Counted from the first letter of the stretch, positions 48,873 through 60,170 are shown. The stretch: 64,000 nt of DNA from Eukaryota sp. GEM-RC1 (GCA_040285855.1 JAUFOQ010000002.1:868001-932000), one strand, 5' to 3'. The notes: generated by a model from the sequence alone, not told the origin. Made by a program: numbers and translations.

Positions 48873-51800
48873 TCAAGATTCCTGATCTTTCTGGTTTACG
48901 TGTGAGTCCTTGGGTACATCTTTCTTAGGCTTATTTGGACAAGTTGCTCTGTTATGTCCAGGTTGAAAACATATACCACACTTGTTAGGACCTCTGACTT
49001 TTGTTAGAGGACGCTTTGCTTTACCCTTACCCTTACTCACAGTCTTTTTCTTAGGAATCTGATCTGTATTCCCGCCATCCACGACAGGTGTTGTTTGAGA
49101 TTTTGGTCTCTCGAGGATGGCAGGTCTACCTTGACCTTGAATGGTTCCATTTACAATATTGTAAATATTGATAGCAGAATTGAAGTCTCTATTCCAGAGA
49201 ACATGGCATTTAGCACATTCAACTAAGCCCCATGGTGAGACTTTTTTGCTCTTCAATCTTTCTTTTGATAATGGCAACTGGTCTGTCCATTCTTCATCAA
49301 AGTTACGCTCCACAATATTGTGTAATTGATTGTGTTCCATAATTTCCTTTTTTAATTCTTTCTCTTCCTTCTGTAACTTCTTCTTCCAATGAGGATCAGT
49401 GACTTTTATCCTTTCAGGATTGGAACAGATACCTTCGTCGTTTCTGGAAACACATGCAGAGCAACATTTGCTGGTCTTAAATTCATCAACTAGGAACACT
49501 TTAAATCCAAATTTTCTCAATAATGTCCGAATTGAAGCACCTTTCACAGTCGATGCTTTACCTCTTCTTCGACGCAAAGCAGTGTCGTTCCAGTCTCCAT
49601 ACCCAACAACGACTTCATCTGGGTTTCCAAACTGGAGAGCAAATCTGTGAAGCATGTTTTTCTCACTTCGTTCCTTTCTTGAATATTGTGTGAGACGATT
49701 CCTTCTAAACCACCTTTCTTCGTAAATTCCTTCAGTATTTCTTTGATCAGTAGTGGGTGATCGTAGTAAAGAACAGGTAATTTCTTTACCAAGAACAAAA
49801 GCAGAATACAGAGTCAAATCACAAGATTTACTGCCTGGCGAGTTAGAGCCCCATTGATCTAAAATTTGTTGCCCATTTATGTCAATGCGTCTGCCATCTG
49901 GACTGTGAATAAATTGGGTAGAATATTGTTGTAACCGTTCGGATTCAGATAAACAGTAGAGATTGTATAGTCTTATTTTCTTCTCCAGCTTCCTCTTCTT
50001 TCTCTTAGCTCTTTTTCTTTCCTTCCTTGTTTTTTTCTTTTCCATGGAGACTTTTTAATATCGGCATTGCGCTCCCCAGCAGTGTATCTGAATACTTTCC
50101 AATTGTCTCGATTTTTCAACTTGACAGTTGTTGGTTTGTCAATAGTGGGTGCGTCTTTCCAATCCTTCAATTCCTTTTTTAATTTTTTCAAGCTTCCTTT
50201 TTTCTTTGAAGATTTTGGAGAAATCTTTCTTCTTCTGAGATTGGCTGATGTATCGAAACCTTCGATTTCCTTTTCCTCCTTAGATTTTAAAGAAGCACAA
50301 TACATCAAATCATGCTGATTAGGATCAATAGCAACAATTCTTTTGGATTTCAAATTTAAGTTTTGAATTTCTGTGGAACTCAAAGAATCAATGTACCTTT
50401 CAGTAGCTGTGTAGTCAACTGCTTTCACCTTCTTATGAGGATTTCCTTTCCCATCAAGCAGATCTTTCCGCATCATTATTAAACTACAACTAACTCCATC
50501 TGTAGAAATAGAACTGTATTTGAAGTCATGAGACAATGACTTTGGAAGACACTTTGGTTTCAAAACTGAGTGCCAAATATCTTTTCGAACGTCATCAAAG
50601 CTTCCTTTAATTTCTGATGCATAAACTTCTTTAAACCATGTAGTATCCAATCTGATATGATTAGGAATCAATGATTTTGTTAGAGGAAAAGGATTATTGG
50701 CAGTAACACCAGGACAAGAGTCTTCAACAAGACGTTTCAAATACACTGCATGACTTAAGAATTTCAAAGGATCTACTTTTTCAGCATAATAGATTGATTT
50801 CTCCATTTTACCTTCAAAAAAAGTAAACAAATAGTTAAAAAATAGTAAACTCAGTCTAGACTTGGGATCAGGAAACACTTCAACATCTTGAAAATTAATT
50901 TTTGAAACTTCCCCATTAATGATCAACTGTCTGATTTCATTAAGCTTTGTACACAACTCTTGTCGTTGATTCTTATCACTAAGCTTGTTAAGTCTATCTT
51001 TTTCAGGGTAACCAAATTAAATACTTGAAAAACATATTCGTGAAGATGTTCACACATGTTGGTCTTGTAATTTGTAATAATTTCTGTTCCCATGTAATGC
51101 AATATACGAGATAAACGATGACTACTGGGAAACACAATCCTATCAAGTCCAACGGAATCAGCAGCTAGTTCTAAACGAGGAATGTAATGCATCAAGAAGT
51201 GTTGAGCAAACTGATTTTGAGTTGAGCCATCATTTGTGTTAGAAATTATGTTTGTTAACGATTCTTGTACAGTCTCAATATGATTCTGATTGTTTACAAG
51301 TTTGTAGTCCCTAATCGTCATCATAGATAACACTTGTTCCATTGATTTCAACGTAAAAAAATTCTTCCAGTATGGCAATTCAATTTTGGTAGTTTGAATT
51401 TTAGTCCAAAGGTCAGGTTCAGGTTCAGCACTCGCATCTTCAATATTTTCTAATTTAACGGGAGGAGCAGTAGCATCGATAGACTCTGAATGTACATCTG
51501 TTTCTTCTTCAGTTGACTCATCTGTATCAGAATGCATTTCTTGCTTAACAGTTACATTTGGAACAGTAGCAGGCAGTAACTTCTGAATGTAACCTAAAAT
51601 ACCTGAATGGTGAAAATTATGAACAAAAAAATGTTTCAAAAGAGAGAACCACGGACTCTTACTTGATGAGCTCTCTTAACACGAGATTCAATCATTCTAA
51701 TTTTGGATTTCATGATAACATTGTCCAGTCGTTTCTTAACCACTTTCATTGGTGACTTTGAACGTAAGGTTTGCTTTTTGGGATCCAATAGGTCAGCCAA

Positions 51801-54800
51801 CAAGTACTCAATCAGAGGTAATTGTTGAATTGAGTTCATCAACAATAGCGGTCTTGTCGATTCCTTGGCCCAAAGTTCATTTACTTTTCCAAATTTCGAA
51901 TAAATTTCTTTTTAATCTTATCGACCTTCACTTTGGGATTGTCTGGAACTAAAACATTAATACTGTCAATTATGCCATGCAAGTTTTGGACATTATTGAC
52001 CAATTGAACTTCATCAGGATCAGAGTCATGATTAAGATCTTCCAAGCGTTTGACAGTTTCATTTTTAGAAAAATTATTCATTTCAAGAAAAATTTGAACA
52101 ACATTTTCCAAAAAACGGCCACCAGTAAAGACATAAAAATTCTTCAGTACAGCATTCAAATCGAGACTAAAAAACGGACCAAAAGTTGTTTCCTTACACC
52201 ATTTGTTGAACCAAGAGGGAATATAGGGTTTAAATTCTGGAAAAGTAAACGTTGTATTGATTTTGAGGACTTTACAACGTGATACAAGAAAGGGAAATGT
52301 ATCTAAATGAAAATCATAACTCACAAACAATCGTGGACAATGTTGAGTTATGAAGGAAATGAAGTTTTTAAGCATACTGGATTCACTATCTGAAATATGT
52401 AAAGTACACAAATCCAAGTTTGTAGTATCAAAATTGTTATGAGAAAATAAATGTTTTTCATTAAACTCATTATGATCAATGATCTGGATGAAAATTGATA
52501 CAATCGGATCAACAGAAGAATCACGTTTAACTTCTAATTGATCTTCAGCTTCAACTTCAACAGTTTCAATGTCATCATCATCTTGAACAAGTTGAACATT
52601 TCTGCCATTAATTCTTTCTTTTTGGCAAAATCACTTTGAACATGAATTAAACAAAAAGTTGGCAGATTGTTCCAAAGTAGAGGGGATTTAAGAAAGTCTT
52701 GAATTTGTATTTCTTGTTCGATAACCTCAGTGTGTAGATTTACTTCCATATTAAGAATTTCTTTTGAATTGGCGATGGATACGACATAATGGAGGCCTGT
52801 GATTTTTGTGGTAGTTCAGAAGGTGGTAGTTCAGTTAATGATGATAGTTCAGATGGCGATGATAGTTCAGGTAGTGATAATTCAGATGATTCCAATGTGG
52901 ACATACGGCGGTGAGTCTTTCGTATTGGAGTGGCACCAGTTGAAACAAGGGAGCTGGTAGTTCTAAATTTACTTCGTTTAATTAAAGGTGAACCTCGTGG
53001 TGATGGAATATCAGAAATTTTGGCCTTACTTTTTTTAGTGCTTAAACCAGTAGATGTTTTAGTGCTAGCAAGACGTTTACCTGAGATTGGTGACGCAGAA
53101 ACATGCGACAACTCAACAGGACTAAAAGTTTCAAAATGTTCCAAAATTTTTACTTCGAGACTCATGAACATCAATAGTGGTGCAACACAGCAGTTCTTTA
53201 ACATCAGTCCACCTTATGACCACAGATTGATCTACATTCATTAAAAGTTCAATGTATTCGAGAACACAAAAACCAGAGTCAGTTAGAGTATGTTTGATAT
53301 TTGATGGAATAAACCGTATGTCTCTGATTTCAAGGACTGATGAAACTGAATAAATTTGTGACACAATTGAAAATAAATTGGAGGAAGTTGGTGCAACTGG
53401 CGTTTGGTTAGCAGGAAATTCTCTGGCATAATCATCCTCATCGTAGGTCGGATCAATGAATAAAATATGACTTGTATGAGATGAAATGATCAGAATAATT
53501 AAACCCCAATGACGACCATCAGCATTAAGATCGCACATTGCACTATTGACAGGAACAAGTAGCATTTGTTGGTGTTTCTTTTCACCACATTGGAAGAATT
53601 TCTGCGTCAAAAAATCTGAAAGTGGATATTTATCATAGGGTTGGTCACCATATAATAACGGATATAAATCAGTTGGCCTAATTACATAGTCATAAAAGAT
53701 TAAACCTGTTGATTCCACAAGTATTTTGGAATATTTGATGAACAATTGATCGTCAACATAAGTAAACAATTTCTGAATCTGTTTACGGAGATCTGCAGCA
53801 TTAAGTTCATTGTTAACTTGGATTAAAGCACGTTCAATAGATATCAAAGATAGATTGATGCGATCCCTTGAAATGAGTTCAACAAATTTTTGAATATAAC
53901 CAATAACATAAATACCACAGTGATTAGGAGTCTGTGTCTTGGTGATGTTGACCCTCTGTACGTTCAATGTTACTTTCCTACATAATTCATCTACAACAGA
54001 ACTTAGATAAGAAGAACCAACAATTGGATCCACAAATATCGCGTTGTTTTCCGCACAGTCTATTACCATTAGACCCCAATGAACTCCTCCAGATCCACCT
54101 GTTGTATTCATAGCATCGTTGAGAGGAACAGCGAAGTATCTGGTGCTTCTCTCCCGAGCGTCATCAATCTTGTTTTGGCAGTATCCATCAGTGAAAAAAT
54201 CTGACCACATCTCACCGGGAGTAATGAAATAGCATTCCCAATCGAGGTTTGCTTCTTTGAATAGGTGTTTTGAGTATTCGGAAAAGGCGTAATCATCTAT
54301 CCATTGGCCAGGATTCAGATACTCTAGGGAGTCTTTGGACCACGGTCCGGGATTGGACTCAATGTCACCGTCGGCGGTGAGGTCTTTTGGGGACGGATGT
54401 CTACACGGTTTTTCAATAGTACTCGTCCGGTAGACAGAGAGTGAGAGTAATAGTGATGGAAGAATGACTTGAAACAGAGGATGAGACGAGATCAATGTAC
54501 ACGAAGAGGAGAAATTTAAGAAGGGTTGTAAGAGCAATTGGTAGCAACAGAATTGCAACTTCCTTGACACAACACCAAGAACTACATGATCCATTCGAGA
54601 GTCAAACCGCACAATGGATTGACTGTCGAAATAGTTATAAAATCCCGTAGCATTGAAGACGAAGGAACACAATTTGACGTAGCTTATGGGGGAGGGACTC
54701 AGCAACAGCGTAATGGCGACGGGATTCAAGAGACTTGGCAGCAACTCGTAGCAACACAATTGGGGCTTCTTTGGCAACACAAAAGCGGACCTTGACACAA

Positions 54801-55278
54801 CACCAAGAACTACATGATCCATTCGAGAGTCAAACCGCACAATGGATTGACTGTCGAAATAGTTATAAAATCCCGTAGCATTGAAGACGAAGGAACACAA
54901 TTTGACGTAGCTTATGGGGGAGGGACTCAGCAACAGCGTAATGGCGACGGGATTCAAGAGACTTGGCAGCAACTCGTAGCAACACAATTGGGGCTTCTTT
55001 GGCAACACAAAAGCGGACCTTGACACAACACCAAGAACTACATGATCCATTCGAGAGTCAAACCGCACAATGGATTGACTGTCGAAACAGTTCAAAAATC
55101 CCGTAGCATTGAAGACGAAGGAACACAATTTGACGTAGCTTATGGGGGAGGGACTCAGCAACAGCGTAATGGCGGAACTAGAGAACTTGAGCACCGTTTC
55201 CAACATTTGAACCAACCAAGAGTCAATCCGCACAATGGATTGACTGTTGGAGTAGTTTAACGTTTGTAACAGAGACAT
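48873..55278 (-). CDS. Fanzor1 polyprotein, copy 2: leader - 2A - 2x SENP8/Ulp1-like - PolB exonuclease-like - RuvC Fanzor - zinc knuckle (8 frame segments)
   Basis: RuvC motifs RIVAIDPN, GYGDW, FLVDEFKTSKCCSAC and LWNRDFNSAINI. Seven joins (~53140, 52780, 52615, 51885, 51640, 51000, 50033) are each repaired by +/-1 nt in a homopolymer; three are confirmed by the unbroken frame in copy 1. Confidence 0.8.
54343..54384 (-). other. 2A / StopGo ribosomal-skipping motif DLTADGDIESNPGP
   Basis: Exact match to D(V/I)ExNPG|P, in frame and directly before the protease domain. Confidence 0.9.
54562..55174 (-). repeat. 228-bp tandem repeat (~2.7 units) in the leader upstream of 2A
   Basis: Near-identical units with a 228-nt (76-codon) period, plus a partial copy at ~55219-55250. 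Confidence 0.95.
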
Positions 55279-55759
55279 CAAGTACTAGCGGAGTGGCAAG
55301 GAAAATGGATTCTGATAAAAAAAGCGCTACCCTGACTGTGCTCTTCACTTGAGATCCTTAGGTGACATTTTGTCCTTAACTCACATTTTCACTCCCAATT
55401 TTAGGCCCAATTTATGATACTGTGTATATCGGGTCATAATCAGTTGTTTTCTTGTTCTTTGGGTTTTACACAGTTATTTGTTATACAAAGAATCAATATT
55501 GATACACGAAAGTAAGATCAATGAAATCACTTAAATTTTCTTCATATCATTGTGTATTGGGTTTTTAGTTTAGACGCTTTCGAAATTTCAAGTACGGAAT
55601 GCGTACTTCAAATCGCTTCAAGTCCACTTTCCGTACATGAGATTGGAAAAATGAGTAAAAACATATTTAAATGCACTCACGAATTCAACAATATTCCTAA
55701 ACTGAAGCCAGTATATTTTAAAAGTATTAACTGATTTTTAATTATGCTTCAAAAACCAA

Positions 55760-56335
55760 AATTAATGTGACTATCATCAACTAAAAATCAGTTTAATTCT
55801 TGGCTTCATCTATCTTTTTGTATCGTCACCACTTCTCTGCTAAGTTGTACTTTACGGAGAGTATCATCATTTGGTTTATAGATACTGAAATGTAAGGATC
55901 TTTTATGAGAGAACACGAGTGTCTTTTATGAACAAGTAAGCGATGAAAAGTTGAGGGTGTCACGCTTCTATTGAGATAAGTGTGAACTACTTTGGAGATT
56001 TCGTGTAGGAACAAGAGGTTTCTGGGAAAGAACATTCTCAATAAAATCACCGTCATCATTACTGAGAATACAACGGGAGTCCTGAGGATGTACTAGTTTG
56101 GGGTTAAAGAGATCTTTGATTCATCTACAGATAGTTGTTTGGTGAACCCAGAATACTTGAGAAATTTCGGACTGAGAGCGTCCAAGAAAGAAGTAAGTAT
56201 AAAGAGCACCAACTCTGGTATCGGAAGTGGTGTGATAACGGAGTTTTTTCAAGTCAGCTATGGCAACATCATCCAGAGGCCGAAGTTCCCTCCTTAGTTG
56301 AGGCAGTTCAGTAAAAGATCAGATTTATAGGGCAT
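55760..56335 (-). pseudogene. IS630/Tc1-like transposase relic (N-terminal HTH region)
   Basis: Broken frames read YHTTSDTRVGALYTYFFLGRSQSEISQVFWVHQTTICR*IK...FIENVLSQKP/LLFLHEISKVVHTYLNRSVTPSTFHRLL. Confidence 0.6.
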
Positions 56336-56797
56336 ATCAGCTTGACAAAAATGAAAGACTAGAAGTGAAAATTCTTGATAAGCACCCGAAATAAAATCCA
56401 CAGTAATCAGACAGATGAAGAAAATGTCATAAGTGAAGATAATAGATGTGTTGTTAAGTATGTCAGAAGAAAATCTATAAAATTCCTCCCTTCATATGAT
56501 CATCAGCAACACTTTCAAGAACAAGAGGAACACTGCAATTACGACACTCCTCGACATTCAAATACCGGCTCTTACAGAAACATATGGCCTTTCGTGTGGG
56601 CTGACTCTCCTGCCATGGACGCTCAGTAGAATCAGGATAAGGAATCCTGGTCTATATAAAGTGAAAACTCCTGTGAAAAAGGAGAAAGTCCCGAAAATAT
56701 TAGCTGAACTTTCAACTTTTTGTGAAAACTTCATCTCTGCCATTGCATTGGTTTTTTCTTTGAACCAACCAAAGTCATTTTAATTAATTTCAATGGC

Positions 56798-57790
56798 GTG
56801 TGTACCGAACAAACTGTATCTAACCCTTTGGATACAGCCCCATGTGATAATTTTGTAAAAATATTAAAACAAAAATGGGATCTCTCACTTCAAGAGTCTG
56901 AGACTGTTCCAGTTGCTCATGAAGTTACAGAATCAATTTCAACTGACTTAACAGTTGAACTTTCTGAACCTGTTGCTTTAGAACAAGTTGATGTTACTAT
57001 TCAAACAGAATGTACTCTTGACTCAAGTACTGAACTTTCTGAATCTGTTGAACTTACTGTGGCTCTATCACAATCTCGAAATCCTTTGGACGCTATCCCA
57101 GTTAAAGAATTTAACCGTGTATTTTATTGTGAAGCTAATAGAAAATTGTGGGGAAAATCATCTAGGGAATTATTGGAAATTCTTCAGAACGATGATGAGT
57201 CTACAGATGATGATGATGAAGATGAAGATGATGAAGAAAACGAAAATGAAGAAAACAATTTACAAGTATTGTCAGCCAGTGATGGAGACGCTTGCTTTAG
57301 TTATTGGTGTAGCATCCCAAAAGGGGTTTGTAAGGTCTTACTATCTACTGAAACTGAAGTTATGATTAATGATCCAGAACATTATGCCAGAAAAAATGCT
57401 TGGGAACTGTTAAATGTGGTTGTTACACAGCAAATGAAGATTTTATGTCCTCTGTGTGCTTTTGGGGACCCCATTGGGTCACATAGAGGAGTTGGACATT
57501 TTTTCTTGGTGGAATGGTTCTTTGATTTAAATTCTCGAAATCATATTTTTAACATATATGATAGTATGAACTTTTCATGTATGAAGAAATTTATTATTTT
57601 ACCTTTTCGAACCTTGTTAAGGAACATCAACAGTGGAGGGAGGATCAGGAATTACCTTGGATTTAGTGAAACAGAAGCACAAGGTACCTTATCTTCAGAT
57701 AGAATGGCATCAACGAGTGCTAGGAGAGAGATCTCATGTTTGATTTGTAAGATCAAGGGGGTGACTTTAAAAGACTCGGATATGTATTGA
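56798..57790 (+). CDS. Ulp1/C48 protease-like protein, apparently truncated (His and Asp present, catalytic Cys not seen)
   Basis: KILCPL...GHFFLVEW...FNIYDSM after an acidic stretch; no QxxxxDCG follows. Confidence 0.5.
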   Translation: MCTEQTVSNPLDTAPCDNFVKILKQKWDLSLQESETVPVAHEVTESISTDLTVELSEPVALEQVDVTIQTECTLDSSTELSESVELTVALSQSRNPLDAIPVKEFNRVFYCEANRKLWGKSSRELLEILQNDDESTDDDDEDEDDEENENEENNLQVLSASDGDACFSYWCSIPKGVCKVLLSTETEVMINDPEHYARKNAWELLNVVVTQQMKILCPLCAFGDPIGSHRGVGHFFLVEWFFDLNSRNHIFNIYDSMNFSCMKKFIILPFRTLLRNINSGGRIRNYLGFSETEAQGTLSSDRMASTSARREISCLICKIKGVTLKDSDMY

Positions 57791-58043
57791 AGTGCTCGAA
57801 AGTAGTCCAAGGACAAGAAACATTGCTTGTCATCAAGCTCAATCTCAGCACCAACATCACATTTTACAAAGACATATAATTTGACATATGAGACGATAGA
57901 AAGCTGATGATGGTAGAATAAGCTGCTAAGAATCAGCTAAGAACCATCATATTCCATACAGTTGAGGTAGATATATAATTTATAATGAAAGGAAAGTTTC
58001 CCTGCACAATCTGCATCTTAAACATCACCACTTCACACACTCA

Positions 58044-60089
58044 ATGTCCATTATCAACACACTTACAGACGAACAGGCTCACGTCTTCCAAGCTATAACT
58101 CATGCTAGACCTTCTAAGCGTAAGAATTTCTTCATTACTGGTGGTGCCGGATCGGGCAAGTCTTACCTACTGTACTGTCTTAAACAGTGGTGGTCTAATG
58201 CGGGTTCCAAGCTAATGAGACCCAATGGCCATGTCTTTTTTACTGCTACTACTGGTGTTGCTTCCACTGTCTTTGGTGGTCAAACCCTACACTCTCTCTT
58301 TGGTTATAATTTTATCCGTAATGAAAAACCAATATCTGATGTCATTCGCTCTATGCCTTCAAGTGTTAAGTCTGTTTTACGAACAATTAGTGCTCGAAAT
58401 TCAATGCTTGTTATTGATGAAATTTCAATGTTGACTGCTGAATTATTCAACAGAGCATCTGATATATTTAAAGATTTAATGAAGTCTCAGTTACCATTTG
58501 GTGGACTTCAAGTTGTAATTTTTGGTGATTTTTTGCAACTTGCACCAATTGTAAAGTCTGATTCAAACACACGTAAGGTCCTTCAACTTTCAGACTTTAC
58601 GTTTTCATCACAGTCTTGGAAGGATTTGAATTTAAATTTTATTGAATTATCTGGAAGTATTCGACAACAAAGTGATGTCAATTTTTATAATTTTTTGAAT
58701 GAACTACGTCTCGGACTTTTTGATGACTATATGAAACATATTTTATTGAAACATAAGTCATTAGCCAAAAATATTGAAAGTCCAACCAAATTATTTGCTA
58801 GAAACAAGGATGTCGCAGACGAAAATTTAAAGCAATTTGAATTATTATGTGAACAAGGGAATGAAAATGTTGAATTTCATTCCCTCGATAAGTTCAATGA
58901 AACCTTAATTAAATCAGAAATTGGTAAAAGTTGGGCATTTGGTAAGCCTAATGAGGAACAAATGGAAAAGGCTGTTGGTTTAAATTTAAAAAAATTATCA
59001 AGTAGGCTAAACGATTTTGCCGAACAAAAATTTCACTGTGTCGTCGGGGGTTTGGTAATGTTTACCCAAAACAAACCAGATCTGGGCCTAGTAAATGGGT
59101 CAAAAGGCAAAATTATTGATTTCTCTGAAAGTTCACATTTCATTAATGTAAGATTCGGGAGGGACGAAGAACCAATCAAAATTATTCCGACTAAATTTGA
59201 AATTGAGGTGTTGAATGAGAAGAAAAAGCCTGTTATTATAGCATCCCGATTGCAATATCCTCTTCGTCCTTGTTGGGCAATAACAGTCCATAGATCTCAG
59301 GGTCTAACAATTGAAGGAATTGAAGTTTCCTTAAATTTTTGGGAGTATGCCCAATTGTACGTCACATTGAGTAGGGTGAAGAATTGGAACTCAATTAAAA
59401 TTTTAGATATTTCTTCCAGATTTCCCAAACCAAGAATTGATCTTTATCAGTGGTATTATTCCACTTTTCACCCCCCTCGACCAGTTACAAAACCTCTTTA
59501 TCCTTTGTCTTTACAAAATGAAAATATTGTTAGAAATTGGCCTTCTGTGTTGAAAACTTTTGATGCCTTTTCGTCCAATATGATTTCTAGTGTTGGTGAT
59601 AGTATGGAAACTGTTGATGTTCTTGATCCAGTCAATGAAGAAATTGAGGAAGATTTGGTGGAAAAAGATGTTCCAAGTATTGAAAATTTGAATACCACTT
59701 CTAATTCAGTTTTAGAATTATTCGATAATGAAGTTGTTGTCTCTGGAAGTGATGGTGGAGATGACGAAACTGATGATGATGACGATGCGTCGTCTAGTAT
59801 GAATGATTTTGTTGTGAATGATGATGAAGATGAGTGTCTCAATGGTCAAAGTGTAAGTGCCATCAATTCTGATTTAATTTTTACCAAGCCTGTGCCAAAA
59901 CTGAAAAAAACAACAGTTACTACTTTGCCTAAATTGAGACCAAATCTATTGTCTCGAAATACTCTCAAACCAAATTTGAATTTACCTAGTTTGAAATTAT
60001 CAAAAAAGTTACAGATCATGAGGACACTGAAGTCGTCAACAGAATATCAAATTCACTTGATCTTCAGACAGACTTTGAAAACAACTTGA
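58044..60089 (+). CDS. PIF1-family 5'-3' DNA helicase with acidic C-terminal tail
   Basis: Motifs FITGGAGSGKS, TATTGVAS..FGGQTLHS, VIDEISM, PFGGLQVVIFGDFLQLAPI, RQQSD, LVNGSKG, QYPLRPCWAITVHRSQGLT and QLYVTLSRV. Confidence 0.93.
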   Translation: MSIINTLTDEQAHVFQAITHARPSKRKNFFITGGAGSGKSYLLYCLKQWWSNAGSKLMRPNGHVFFTATTGVASTVFGGQTLHSLFGYNFIRNEKPISDVIRSMPSSVKSVLRTISARNSMLVIDEISMLTAELFNRASDIFKDLMKSQLPFGGLQVVIFGDFLQLAPIVKSDSNTRKVLQLSDFTFSSQSWKDLNLNFIELSGSIRQQSDVNFYNFLNELRLGLFDDYMKHILLKHKSLAKNIESPTKLFARNKDVADENLKQFELLCEQGNENVEFHSLDKFNETLIKSEIGKSWAFGKPNEEQMEKAVGLNLKKLSSRLNDFAEQKFHCVVGGLVMFTQNKPDLGLVNGSKGKIIDFSESSHFINVRFGRDEEPIKIIPTKFEIEVLNEKKKPVIIASRLQYPLRPCWAITVHRSQGLTIEGIEVSLNFWEYAQLYVTLSRVKNWNSIKILDISSRFPKPRIDLYQWYYSTFHPPRPVTKPLYPLSLQNENIVRNWPSVLKTFDAFSSNMISSVGDSMETVDVLDPVNEEIEEDLVEKDVPSIENLNTTSNSVLELFDNEVVVSGSDGGDDETDDDDDASSSMNDFVVNDDEDECLNGQSVSAINSDLIFTKPVPKLKKTTVTTLPKLRPNLLSRNTLKPNLNLPSLKLSKKLQIMRTLKSSTEYQIHLIFRQTLKTT

Positions 60090-60170
60090 ACAATACTTAT
60101 AGTATTGCAATGCAGACAGAAACAAAGGTTCTCACAATTGTCCACGTCCACAATATTGTACCAGAGAAAA

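Noticed and set aside
54562..55174. CRISPR-like or guide-RNA array
   Set aside because: The units are identical along their whole length with no variable spacers, and show no similarity to the omegaRNA scaffold.
54586..55260. Three plus-strand 69-72 aa ORFs
   Set aside because: They are antisense by-products of the 228-bp repeat.
56400..56660. Minus-strand Cys cluster (CFCKSRYLNVEECRNC) suggesting a CxC/KDZ transposase fragment
   Set aside because: Too short and broken to support a call.
56798..60089. Helitron RepHel
   Set aside because: No HUH/Y2 Rep motifs are visible upstream of the PIF1 core, and no Helitron termini were identified.
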